Shown here: positions 24,740-36,080 of the stretch, one piece after another | How positions within the stretch are numbered: the first letter of the stretch is position 1 | Layout: every line of letters begins with the position of its first letter | Source of the DNA: Phyllosticta citribraziliensis | Taxonomy: Eukaryota | Direction of reading: 5' to 3' | Length of the DNA stretch: 64,000 bases | Assembly (NCBI RefSeq): GCF_038025025.1 | Contig: NW_027117349.1 | Location: 992,001-1,056,000, forward strand | Position numbers and translations under genes: made by a program | The notes under the pieces: generated by a model | Database searches by the model: none | Told to the model about the DNA's origin: nothing | What the model saw: only the letters and a program-made list of their open reading frames with translations

Positions 24740-27472
24740 ATGAGCTTTAAACTCTCCTCGTTATTGAATCCGGCCTCTGAGCCCAACAGCCCCAAGGGGA
24801 CCAACAGCAAACCGTCTCAATTGCCTCCTGTTCAGGATGTACCAACACATGAGGCCCCCGAGCCACAACGGGAGATCTTTCAGGACGATCAGTCCAACAG
24901 GCCTACCAGCGCCTGGGCTGGCTATGCTCGGAGTGATTCACCCAAAGACAGTTTCTCTAACGAACGGGCCTCCCCATCCGCGACGAGGAATGACCAATAC
25001 GGACAACTACCGCCGTATCCCCAAGCGCGCCGGACGAGCAGCTACGGCTCGCCGACAGGCCCTGTTGAGCCTTATTCCTTTGAGGCGCCACAGATGCCAG
25101 TTCGCTCGCCGTCGCTGGAACAATACCATCACAGGGCACGATCTCCCGAAGAGCAAAGAAGGCTGTCGTACATGTCAATGTCATCAAATCCTCCAGTCCT
25201 CCCTCCCATACAATCCTTTGGCGACGTGTTGGAACGGCGGCTCAGTGACCAAGGGCAATCCATTGCGCAGCCGCAGTTCGAAAGTGCTTTTGCCTATGGA
25301 CAAGACGCGTCACAGGTGATTGCGCCGCCGTCAACTACTGCACATTCAGCCGATGAGCCCCAGTCCCCAAACTCCATCGCACAGAATCGCGAACCCGACT
25401 ATGTGCGCAATGAGCCTGTGACGGCACAAATTCGTGGACCTTCTCCGCCTCCCTCTACAGATACAACCAGCACTCCAGCTCCCACTCACACAACTCCGCA
25501 AGTCAAGCTCGAGCCAACGGCGCCATCTCGGGAGCCCACACCTGTCCAAGCACAAGCCATGTCCAAAACAGCCGGAGAGCAGGTCGAGACGCCGTCTCTC
25601 GACACTGATACTCTCAAAGCCCTCGCCGAGGCAACGAACGAACACGGCCTGCGCAACGTCAGTCGCGAAGCCAAACCCGCTGTCGCCGCGCCGGTTCCCA
25701 GTGCTCCAGCCATGTCGGATACCTCAAGCTCGCCAACCGCCCCGCGTAAACGCAAACCTGTGGACAGCAAGGTCAAGAAGGGCGGCCCAAAGAAGCCGTC
25801 TCAGGGCAGGAAACGCAAGGTCGATGACTCTGGTGAGGGGCAACCGTCTCGTACACCCTCTACGAAAGCTTCGGGTCCCAGGAGCAGAGGAAAGAAGTCG
25901 TCTGACGGCACCCCAATGACAGGCAGCTCCCCCGCACCGGTACCTTCTTCCCCCGCCACACATGCCGACGATGCCGAAGACGACGAGTCTGGGAGTGATG
26001 ACGGGATATACTGCATTTGTCGCAAGGGAGACAACCACACATGGATGATTGCGTGCGACGGCAGTTGCGAGGACTGGTACCATGGCAAGTGTGTCGACGT
26101 CAGAGAGGCGGATGGAGATCTCATTGAGCAATATTTTTGTCCAAGCTGCACGACAGCTGGCGAGGGCCGTACCACATGGAAACGCATGTGCCGCAGACCA
26201 GGATGCCGGAGACCAGCGCGAAGAAATCAGCAAAGCAAATACTGCTGCGACGAGTGTGGGATCCTCTTTATGCAAGAGGCTTTTGGCCACTTGCCTGGTG
26301 GTGAAAACAGATTGGGACAAACAGACAAGCGGAGGAGGGACCGTCGCAGGACAAATCTGACGGACAGTACTGGCAACGAGACTGAAGCGTCGGAAGAAGA
26401 TGGGCTCTCTGGACCTCGTGGCGGCGTCATGTCCGTTCGCGACTTGAAGGCCATGGCCGCGGCTGCGCGAGACGTGGAACACTTCAAATCGCTTGGAAAT
26501 AGCCTTTTGAGTCCTCCAGCAACAGCCTCGCCGTCGTCGCCAACTTTCGAGCGAGATCTCAAAGATGACGCAGCGCTGTCTCCACCAGATGCGGCCCGCA
26601 TTGCTGCAATTCAAACCGAAGTTGCCGATCTCAAGAAGCGTTTCGAGTTGCTGAAAGAACGAGAGCGTTTTGTGGCCATGACCAAAGAGCAAGCCACTCA
26701 CTTTGCTGAAAAGGAAGGCGTCAAGGTCAAAGACATTTGCGCGTACGACCCACGACTAGCCTGGAGCGAAGCCGAGTTTGCGCTATGGAGAGACAGCGCC
26801 AAAGGAAAAGCCTGTTTTGCCCAAGGCACGCTGAATGCAGAACCCACGAGCGCCGATGGCGACGTTGAAATGACGGACGGCGGAGACGTAGCCCACGTCA
26901 ACGGCACCGCTCCAGTCGAGAGCACCACCAACGGCCCAAGCGGCGTCAAAAAAGAAGACACGACCGATACCGACACGGTCCTCGACTCAGACGGCGACGT
27001 CGACCTCATCAAACACCCGACCTACCAACCCAACGGCGTCACGAGAGACGGATCGCACCCGTACCCCTCGCCCACCGACCTTCTGTCCTCTACCACCGAG
27101 CCCAAACCACCAACATCGACACAACCCGCCAGCTCAGCGCCCAACCGCGCCGCCCTCCTCCGCACCCTCCTCGCCCCGCCTGAGCTGTGCCCCCGCAAGC
27201 GCTGCACCCGCCACACGCAGTGGGCCAAGGTCGCCCACTGGGACGTCCAGTTCGAGCTGGCGCTGTGCCGCCAGCAAATGGGTGAGCTGAGCGCCGAGGA
27301 GCGCGAGATTCGCGAGCGCGCTGCCGTTGGCTGGCGCAAGGAGATCAAGCGTGCCGCTTCTGCTGCCGCTGCTGCTGTGCCGGGAAATGATGCTGCGCCG
27401 CTGGTCAACGGGACCGGCGTCAAGGAGGAGAGAGCTCCTGATGAAGAGGGCTGGGTTGAGGTGTTGGGATAG
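24740..27472 (+). CDS. SPP1: PHD-finger protein, COMPASS/Set1C subunit Spp1-like
   Basis: PHD finger YCICRKGDNHTWMIACDGSCEDWYHGKCV...YFCPSC followed by WKRMCRRPGCRRPAR...SKYCCDECG, and C-terminal CPRKRCTRHTQW. First ATG at 24740. Confidence 0.9.
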   Translation: MSFKLSSLLNPASEPNSPKGTNSKPSQLPPVQDVPTHEAPEPQREIFQDDQSNRPTSAWAGYARSDSPKDSFSNERASPSATRNDQYGQLPPYPQARRTSSYGSPTGPVEPYSFEAPQMPVRSPSLEQYHHRARSPEEQRRLSYMSMSSNPPVLPPIQSFGDVLERRLSDQGQSIAQPQFESAFAYGQDASQVIAPPSTTAHSADEPQSPNSIAQNREPDYVRNEPVTAQIRGPSPPPSTDTTSTPAPTHTTPQVKLEPTAPSREPTPVQAQAMSKTAGEQVETPSLDTDTLKALAEATNEHGLRNVSREAKPAVAAPVPSAPAMSDTSSSPTAPRKRKPVDSKVKKGGPKKPSQGRKRKVDDSGEGQPSRTPSTKASGPRSRGKKSSDGTPMTGSSPAPVPSSPATHADDAEDDESGSDDGIYCICRKGDNHTWMIACDGSCEDWYHGKCVDVREADGDLIEQYFCPSCTTAGEGRTTWKRMCRRPGCRRPARRNQQSKYCCDECGILFMQEAFGHLPGGENRLGQTDKRRRDRRRTNLTDSTGNETEASEEDGLSGPRGGVMSVRDLKAMAAAARDVEHFKSLGNSLLSPPATASPSSPTFERDLKDDAALSPPDAARIAAIQTEVADLKKRFELLKERERFVAMTKEQATHFAEKEGVKVKDICAYDPRLAWSEAEFALWRDSAKGKACFAQGTLNAEPTSADGDVEMTDGGDVAHVNGTAPVESTTNGPSGVKKEDTTDTDTVLDSDGDVDLIKHPTYQPNGVTRDGSHPYPSPTDLLSSTTEPKPPTSTQPASSAPNRAALLRTLLAPPELCPRKRCTRHTQWAKVAHWDVQFELALCRQQMGELSAEEREIRERAAVGWRKEIKRAASAAAAAVPGNDAAPLVNGTGVKEERAPDEEGWVEVLG

Positions 27473-28155
27473 CGAGGCGGAGTTAGCGTGGGCTTTCTCC
27501 TCGCGCGTTGAGTCCTTTGCCTCTTTCCTCTTCTGCATACTTTCCGTTCTTCTCTCTTTGGCTTTGGCGTGCGGCGTGTTGCTTTCTCTTAGGGTCATCG
27601 ATCTGGAAAAGGATCACATCGGATCAAATCCTAGCAGTGCGTCTCTGGTGTTTTTGGGCGACAACAGGCAGGACAATGGACTGGAGCTGGCAGGCCACGG
27701 ACGGACGGACGGGCAGGGCAAAAATGGCGCTTTACACGGGTCTTTTGGGCGGCAGCATAATTTGGCATCCACGGTTGAGCAATGGGTGGATATCACGTCT
27801 TAGCATAATGAAGGCACGGCAGCTGGATGGAGGCTGTCTGGCTTTTCTATTCGCATTTCGCGGCTGTTGGTGCGCGCTGTCTATCTGCATTTACGGTGTA
27901 TTTGTCTGGCTGGCGAGGTGAGGTAGCAAGGTATGCGGCCAAGGTAGCGACTGGCATATTCTTCACACTCGACAAAATTTACATGTTTGTTGACACAGAT
28001 CAACCACATTCTCGATGCAAAATCTCTTTTATTCTTTTTTGATTGCCCCTCTATCTATCACACCATCAAGGCACACACAATTGAATGCACCAGATGCCGC
28101 TGATCCAACTCACGAAATGCTGCCATTTTCACTCCACATTCTCAGCTCCAACGCC

Positions 28156-30353
28156 TCAAAGGAAAACCTCGAGGTTGAGCTCCAGCGCCGTCGTCGGGAA
28201 CGGCAGCTCGTAGTTCTTGAGCACCGTGGGGTGCAGGACGCCGAAGACGCCGATGGTGTGCGTCGACAGCTTGCCCGTGGCCTCGTCGGCGAGGCGCAGC
28301 TTGATGGCCGCGGCGTGGCCGGAGAAGAAGGTTGGCTCTGTTGCGCAAGTTAGCGGAGTTTTAGTTTCGTTTGGTTTGGCATGTTTGCAAGGTTTGTTTA
28401 GTTTGTGCGGGTGGACAGGGGGGCGGGCAGCAAGGGGCTCGCAGAAACGCACCGTCGACTTCCTCAATCCAGTAGCCGCCCAGCTTGTCGTTCTTGAGCG
28501 CCTCCTCACGCGTGATGAAGGCGCTCCTGAGCATTTGCATGATGCGGTCGAGCAGGCCGTGGACGACCTCGAAGCCGCTCGTCTTGCCGTACCAAGCGGC
28601 GGCAAAATGGCGCTCATTCCTGCTCTTGCGCTCCTGCGTCAAGTCCTTGAACGCGACGTCGCTAACCTCGAAGATCTTGATGGGCACGCTGTGGTGCTTG
28701 TTCTCGCGGATCGTCTTGAGCAGGCCCGGCAGCAGCGACGTGCGCACAATCTGGTATTCGAGCGTCTTGGGGTTTTGTAGCCGCACCGCCGTCGTGCCGT
28801 CGTCTTTGCGGTTTAGCCAGGCAAAGTTTTCGTCGTGGCTGCACAGGATGAGCGGCATCACTTCGCTCCACCCTGCCATGGCCGCTTCCAGGCGCACAAT
28901 ATCGGCCAGCTTGTTGATCTTGAGGGGAGCAGCAACGGCAGCGCTGCGGTTGGGGTACTCGCGCGGAAGCTTGTTGAAGCCGTACCCAATGGCCAGGTCC
29001 TCCATAATGTCGCATTGGTGCAGGACGTCGGCGCGGGTAATGGGAACGGACACGTCGAGATGCTTGGGCGATGACTTGGAAGGTGTGGCTTGCAAGGACA
29101 TGCGTTGAAGGAGCTTGCACTGCTCTTCGGGCGAAAGCTCAAGACCGCAGACTTGGTTGAGGTATTCGATCTCGGCTTGCATTTGGCGAGGAGTCAGGTC
29201 TGGCGATTGACGAGTCTCCTTGTTGTGCTCCGACACAACCTTGACAGGCTCCACGGTAAAGGGCTCTTCGCAGTACATGCTGAACATGGCGCAAATGATG
29301 TGGTTAACAATCTCAACCTTGGTCTTATCGAGGGCGGTGATTTCGATCAAGACGTTCTTGGTCTCAAGGTTGATCTTGGAGTGGTCGCCGTTGATGATGG
29401 GAGGAAGAGAGAGGACGGTACGGTTGGCATCGTAGATGACGGGGTATACGGGCGAGTCGCGGATAATGTGCAGGTAACGGCCGAGGTGCTTGTCCTTTTC
29501 GTAAAAGTTCATCATCTCTGCCGCACTCATCTCCTTGTCCTGGTTGAGAGGAATAAACTTGATGTCTTCCGGCGCGTGCGCCTCGTAGCTAAAGGGTCCC
29601 TTGATGGTGTCCAGGTCGTGGGTACCAATGGAAACTAGCGTCCGTTGCCTGGCAAGGTTTTGGTGAAGCTTGTCCTGCAGAGCAATGAAGGATTCGTAGC
29701 GGTCCTTTGTGAATTTGACATTGCGCAGGATGGCGCAAGAAACAAGCGGTCTTATCCGTGCAGTCTGTCATCCGTCAGCGGGCCGCTTGCTTCGTCTATT
29801 CTGTCTCTGCTAACCTCCTTGTCGACATTCATCACTTGGAGCTCGCCGCCGGCGGGAGCCACCAGTCTAAAGTTTGGGATGGATGCCCTCCCGAGGAAGA
29901 TGTTGAGGTTGAGGGCAATGCCCTCGAAGCAAAGCATGTCATAGCGATTGGCCGGAATCTCAATCTTGAGCTGCGGGGGCTCCTCGACGCCGTCTACAAT
30001 GGGGCGCTTCGAATTGGTCGTCTGGAGGGTCTCAGCGGGAGCGCAATGCCTGGCGTCTGGAACATCTTACGTCTTCGTCGAGCTCAATTCCTGGGATTGT
30101 TAGCTTGACCAAAGTCCCAGTACTCTGAAAAAGTGTGCCTACCAAACTCGAAGCACAACTCGTCGAATTCCTCGGTGGTGTACCTATGCCAAATCAGCAA
30201 TGTCCCAAGATTTCCGCCGTGCCCTCCCAAATGAATTATTCCACGCTCTTCTCTTGCAGCGCTTGGCTTTCAATCCGATGACGGGGACGGTGAGACTGAC
30301 TCCTTGCCGAGGGCCCTGAAGAGCTCAGCCTTGTCCACGGAAATGGTAGGCAT
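28156..30353 (-). CDS. FRS1: Cytoplasmic phenylalanyl-tRNA synthetase beta subunit (multi-exon)
   Basis: [99 protein letters not shown]-terminus [10 protein letters not shown]. Confidence 0.97.
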
Positions 30354-30920
30354 GGTTTAAGAGGTTGGCGGCGCGGTCGTGGTGGAGCGGTAGCAAATCG
30401 GACGGGACGCGGAGGCGGAGGACAATGGCGCGGAAGCAGCGTCCAAGAGCTGAGTGGAAGGACGGAGCGGAAGCGTGTCTTGGTCGTCAGTGTCGAGGGC
30501 GTCGGCGCGGGCTCTGCGCGGTGTTGTCGACGGTGGTTGGAGTCATCTCGTTGGCGATTTTAGTTGCGCGACAGCTTCCGCCCCGCCAGGCCATGTCCGT
30601 GCGCTTGTGCGTTCAGGAATCGCCTTGTCTGTCCAACGACCAACACTCGACCAGAGACACCCGGCCGCAAACATATCACCCTTCTTCCCACCACCCCCCG
30701 ACCGTCCTCAACTCTCTTCTCAGCTTTGACCAGGCCCGGTGCTCACGCTGGGTCGCATCGCATCGACCTTCGGATACCGTCGCCATCCTCAGCAACCCCA
30801 CGACCTACCCTGTTTCCCGCCCTACGCAGCGCACCTCTGCAGACGTCACCCCGTCCACGCGTATCATCTCGCCCTGAGACACGTTCCTTTCTTCGAGCCT
30901 CTCTCTAGCGCTGATACACC

Positions 30921-33189
30921 ATGGACGCTCCGAACTCGCACGACGAGCTATACCCCATCGCCGTGCTCATTGACGAGCTGAAGGTACGGGCGCAGGCGCC
31001 TGCACCCATGTGTTGTTACGTCCACACCGGCTGATGCCTTTTTAGCACGACGACGTCCTCCTCCGCCTAAATGCCATTCGTCGCCTGTCAACCATTGCCC
31101 TGGCCCTGGGAGCCGAGAGGACGAGGGACGAGCTTATACCCTTCCTCGACGGTTGGTCGCGCCCGTCCCGTTCTGCAAGGAGATGATGGTCCCGAGCGCT
31201 AATGCCCCTCCAGAGTCTGTTGAAGATGAAGACGAGGTCTTGACTGCCCTGAGCGAGGAGCTTGGGAACTTTGTGGAATATGTGGGAGGTCCGGAGTACG
31301 GCCACGTGCTAATCTCCCCTTTGGAGAACTTGGCTGGCATCGAGGAGCCTTTGGTTCGGGAGAAGGTGGGTGCTACAAGCCAAATGTTTGGGGCGTTCCT
31401 TGCGCTGACACTCTACAGGCGGTGGAGTCCTTGAACAAGGTCTGCCAGGAGCTCAGCCCGCAGCAAGTCGAGGAGTACTTTGTCCCTCTCACGATTCGCC
31501 TCTCGATCGCAGATTGGTTTACATCCAAGATTTCCGCCACCGGGCTCTTCGTCGAGCCTTACCCCCGAGTATCGGCCCAAGCCCAGGAATCCCTCAGGAC
31601 TCATTTCACCAAGCTTGTCCACGATGAGACCCCCATGGTCCGGAGACAGGCCGCGAACAACCTGGCGAAGTTCGTAAAGGCCGGCATGCCCCCTCAGACC
31701 GTCATCGAGGACATGATTCCGCTTTTCCAGCGCTTGACGACCGACGACCAGGACAGCGTGAGGCTGCTGACCGTGGACGTCTTGATTGCGATTGCGGAAG
31801 TTGTTCCCAAGGAGGAGCAGACTAGCCACGGCGTTTTGCTCACAGCGTTGAGGCATTTGTTCGAGGACAAGAGCTGGAGGGTGAGGTACATGGTCGCCGA
31901 CCGCTTTGAAAAGGTAAACATTCGCAACCAATCTCAAGGAGAGTCGTTAATTAGGCCCAGATTGCGAAGGCTGTCGAAGACGAGCTCATCACGAGAGACC
32001 TTGTTCCTGCTTTCATCAAGCTCATCAAGGACACTGAGGCTGAAGTCCGCAGCGCCATTGCGGGGCAGATCCCTGGTATGACATCAGACGACAAGCGTCA
32101 AAAATCATGCTAACAAAATCTAGGGTTCTGTAGGCTGCTTCCGAAAGAGACTTTGATCCAGGAGGTAATGCCGAACATTGAAGAGCTTGTTTCAGACCAA
32201 TCTCAACACGTCCGGGCCGCACTTGGCAGTCAGATTAGTGGTCTGGCGCCAATCCTCGGAAAGGACGAGTAAGCATTCTCCTCTTGCCCTGGTTTTCGAA
32301 TACTAAGCCATTACAGGACCATCACCCACCTTCTTCCCATGTTTCTGCAGATGCTGAAGGATGAGTTCCCTGATGTTCGCCTTAACATCATCTCCAAGCT
32401 CGAGCAGGTCAACGACGGTAAATTCAAGAATTCCCTCTTCATAATCCCATCTAACTTTGCTCAGTCATTGGAATCGAGCTTCTCTCGCAGTCTCTTCTTC
32501 CGGCGATTGTTCAGCTCGCTGAAGATAAGCAGTGGCGCGTTCGTCTCGCTATCATCGAATACGTCCCACTTCTTGGCAGCCAGCTTGGTCGGACTTTCTT
32601 CGATGAGAAGCTGAGCAATCTCTGCATGAGCTGGCTTGGCGACACTGTGTTTTCGATCCGTGAAGCTTCGACTCAAAACCTGAAAAAGCTCACCGAGGTA
32701 TTTGGTGTCGACTGGGCCAACGACAAGATTGTGCCCAAGGTCATGGCCATGGGAGCCCACCCCAACTACCTCTACCGCATGACCACTTGCTTTGCCATTT
32801 CGGTGGGTAGACTTCCTCAATACTGGTATCCAAACTAATTCTGTGGTCAGACCCTCGCCCCCGCATTATCCCTCAACGTCATCGAGGCCTCTATCCTCCC
32901 CATGATGGAGAAGCTGGTTGATGACCGCATCCCCAACATCCGCTTCAACGTCGCCAAGTCCTATGAGGTTCTCATTGGCGTGTTGAAGCGCCTGCCCGAG
33001 CAAGGTACCATTGTCGAGCTCGAAAAGGCCAGCCAGAACCCCGCGGGCTGCCAACGTGGTCTCAACCTCATCCAAAACAACATTCTTCCCAACCTAGAAA
33101 AGCTGCAGCAGGACGATGATGTCGATGTCAGGTACTTTGCCACGACTGCTGCCAACAGCTTCACGGACGCCATGCACACCGAGCCATAG
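30921..33189 (+). CDS. TPD3: Protein phosphatase 2A scaffold (A) subunit, HEAT repeats (multi-exon)
   Basis: [85 protein letters not shown]. Confidence 0.98.
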
Positions 33190-33786
33190 AGCCAAGATGC
33201 GTCGGCGCCGTTCGGGAGGACTGATACCACGGATGACGAGGGCTACATGTTTGCATCCCGCCGCGGGATCTTGAGCGGCCAAAGAGGAGAAATTAATGGC
33301 TGGGGTACCTTTTCAAGAGGTTCGGCTGGCGAAAACGAATAGATGGATACTGCGGTTGGAGGAGTGAATGGGTTTTGAGCGGTGTGGTCTTGTTTTGCGC
33401 GGGCCCTCCTCGTGTGCAGTGCATGAAATATGCGTAGTCAGCCGCCCTCCAAACCTAAGGCAAAGGGAACCATTGTGCATTTGAGCATTGAATATCCACA
33501 TCAATTTTGAAAGTGTGCGGAATTATGGTGAAAGACTTGAAATTTTTTGCCGCCCACGCCTGATATCAATCTGAAAAAGACCCTGTCCCCGGAATCTGGT
33601 AGTCTCTGAGCAGCAATCTTTCTCCGCGCCATGAACGCCTTTGTTTCCATCGCCCGCGCCTGAGAATGCTGCGCTGGCGATACGAGCTCAAGCCCTGTTT
33701 TTCAAGCGCCTCGTAGAAGCATCGCCCAACGCAATCCATCACCCAAGAAACTGCGCCATTCAATCTCCAGCACATCAGCCATCTCT

Positions 33787-34596
33787 TCAACCATCGACAT
33801 CCATATCCTCGACGCCCTTGCCAACCACCAACCTCTGCTTCCTCTTGGCCTTCGGCACCTTGACCTTCATCTTGGGCAGCTCCTGGTCCTCCATGTCGAC
33901 CTCCTCGTCCTCGAGGTCCTGCTCCCTCTCGACATCCATGCGCTCGAGCTTGGCGCGGACGTGCTCGGGCACCTCGTCGCGCTCCTCGGGCGGCAGCAGG
34001 TGCTGGTTCTCGGCGACCAGCTTGCGGTCGCGCTCCAGGTCGCGCGCCTTGTTGCCGCGCATGCGGTCCTTGTAGAACGACCGCTCCCGCTTCGTCCGGA
34101 TGTCTTCGACCCGCTGCATCGCTTGCAGCGTCTTGGCCACGAGGTCGCGGTTGTAGCGCACCGGCACGTTGCGGCGTGCGGCGAAGGCGAGCGTCGAGTC
34201 GACGACCACTGCTGTTGTTAGTGCGGGCACTGCGGTGTGGGGTGGATTCGCCGTACTCTCTTTGCCGTGCGCCTTGCGGTACGCCTTGGTCCAGCCGAGC
34301 TTTCTGGGGTTACGCTTCATCTTGAAGTTTTTGTGGCATTTTGATCGCTGTGACGTGTATGAGTTGGCTGTCGCGGATTTGAAGTTGGCATAGTACATAC
34401 GCAGAAGCGGAATTGTTTGGCACTGGGACATGTTAGCAGCTGGTTTTTTTGCTGGTAGTTTGGTGGAAGACTTACTCGTTGCGGCAGAAAGTGATACCCT
34501 TGGAAGGGTCTGAAGAGTCAGTACGATAGTCGTCCCCGGAGAGCCACGGAACTCACACACTGGCCTGCTGCAAAAGTGGCAGGTCTCGACGCGCAT
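33787..34596 (-). CDS. RLP24: Ribosome biogenesis protein Rlp24; introns at 34510..34556, 34423..34475, 34348..34400 and 34209..34256
   Basis: Spliced product [69 protein letters not shown]...[12 protein letters not shown]. Confidence 0.97.
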   Translation of the reverse strand: MRVETCHFCSRPVCEFRGSPGTTIVLTLQTLPRVSLSAATSKSSTKLPAKKPAANMSQCQTIPLLRMYYANFKSATANSYTSQRSKCHKNFKMKRNPRKLGWTKAYRKAHGKESTANPPHTAVPALTTAVVVDSTLAFAARRNVPVRYNRDLVAKTLQAMQRVEDIRTKRERSFYKDRMRGNKARDLERDRKLVAENQHLLPPEERDEVPEHVRAKLERMDVEREQDLEDEEVDMEDQELPKMKVKVPKAKRKQRLVVGKGVEDMDVDG

Positions 34597-34963
34597 TGTT
34601 GCTTTTCAAGCGCGTTGATCGGCGTCGAAGAAGAAGTGAGCCTCCGGTGGCCGAGGAGTGGAAAATAGGCCGCGATGATAGCCCAGAGAATGCGGCGTGG
34701 GCGGGGCAGAAAGAACGTTGGTAGTGTGGCGGCCGTTGGGGATGTGTCTTTGGTGTTGAACCTGCAAGCCTACTTTTCTGACAGGGTAAGCACGGGTCGC
34801 CAGAGGCGCCGTGCGCGATTTTCGAGCCCGGCGAATTCGCCTCTCCGCCGACGTCCTCGTCGTGCTCTTTGCGTCTACGACCTACATACACACCTTACGT
34901 TCTGCGGATTTACACTTCTCTCGAACTCCTGCATCTCCTTACTCGCTTTCCTACTCTCTCATT

Positions 34964-35427
34964 ATGGTCGGCACGATAGTGATGGGTCTCGGCGTGGCTG
35001 CCGCCGCCTTTTTCGTACGTCATTTCTAAACCTTTCGAACCGCGGTCTTGGACATTGCTGACTATCTCCGCAGGGCAGAGCAGGCTACGTCGCACTCCAA
35101 CGGTCGCGTGGAGGCTCGGCTGGGATGCTGGGCAAGGCCTTCTACAAGGGCGGTTTCGAGCCCAAGATGAACCGCCGCGAAGCTTCGCTCATCCTCGAGC
35201 TCCCGTAAGTCGTCACCGGGCCAAACCAACGGAATACACGGATATTCGCATGGGAAAGAAGCTGACGCAAGACGTGGTCTCGTAGGGAAAGAGGCTTGAG
35301 CAAAGAACTCATCCGCAAGAAGCACAGGCAGCTTATGCTGCTGAACCACCCCGACCGCGGCGGAAGCCCGTACCTCGCGTCCAAAGTCAACGAGGCCAAG
35401 GAGTTTTTGGAGAAGGGAGCACAATAG
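34964..35427 (+). CDS. PAM18: Mitochondrial import motor J-protein Pam18/Tim14; two introns
   Basis: [25 protein letters not shown]...[21 protein letters not shown]...[31 protein letters not shown]. Confidence 0.97.
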
Positions 35428-36080
35428 ACTTGAGGGATCGGTGTGCTGTATGATGTGCGATGGGAGCAGATGGGATACAGCGCGGCGTTCGGAATCTACC
35501 ATTGCATGGATGGCGTTTGGGGTATCACCGCTCGAATCCGGTATGCATAGACGGGCTTCTTTTATGCCAGTCAAAATGCATATTTTTCCATTCTTTGAAC
35601 GCTCTGGGATCAGTCGCCCGCTCTGTGGCATCAGGCCATTGCGTTGGGGCTACTTACCTGGAGGCCGCCAGTGACTGTTTGGCTGGACCATGAGAGCCGT
35701 GGTTCACTTCTGACTGTTCCCACGGCAAAGGGAAGAGTGTTGAGGTTTTGCCCGCTGCTTTTTTTCCGCCCAACTACTTCTACCCTCCACGCCCACTTTT
35801 TCTTTTGGCATTCGACTCGTCCAAGAACTCCTGGCTTCGACGTCCTCTCTCTCACCCAGTAGACATCCACGCTCCGATTGAAAAGCCCTCCGACAGCTCA
35901 ACACCAGGTGTGTTTGCCGATCTTCTTAGACTGCGGTCGCTAATCTGCACAAGCTCTCCAACACCGCAACCTCGTCCTTGCCAGCTCCGGGTTTCTCATT
36001 CCCTGTTCGGTCTGAGCTCTTCGCCAATCCCGCCCCTTGAAACCTCGCTCATCGGACACAAAACAAACCGAGCTGTAGCT

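Noticed and set aside
34670..34682. PAC-like motif (GCGATGAT) upstream of RLP24
   Set aside because: One mismatch to GCGATGAG and a single short occurrence; not distinguishable from chance.
35748..36080. 111-codon upstream extension of F-box paralog 1
   Set aside because: Non-ATG start and no counterpart in the paralogs.
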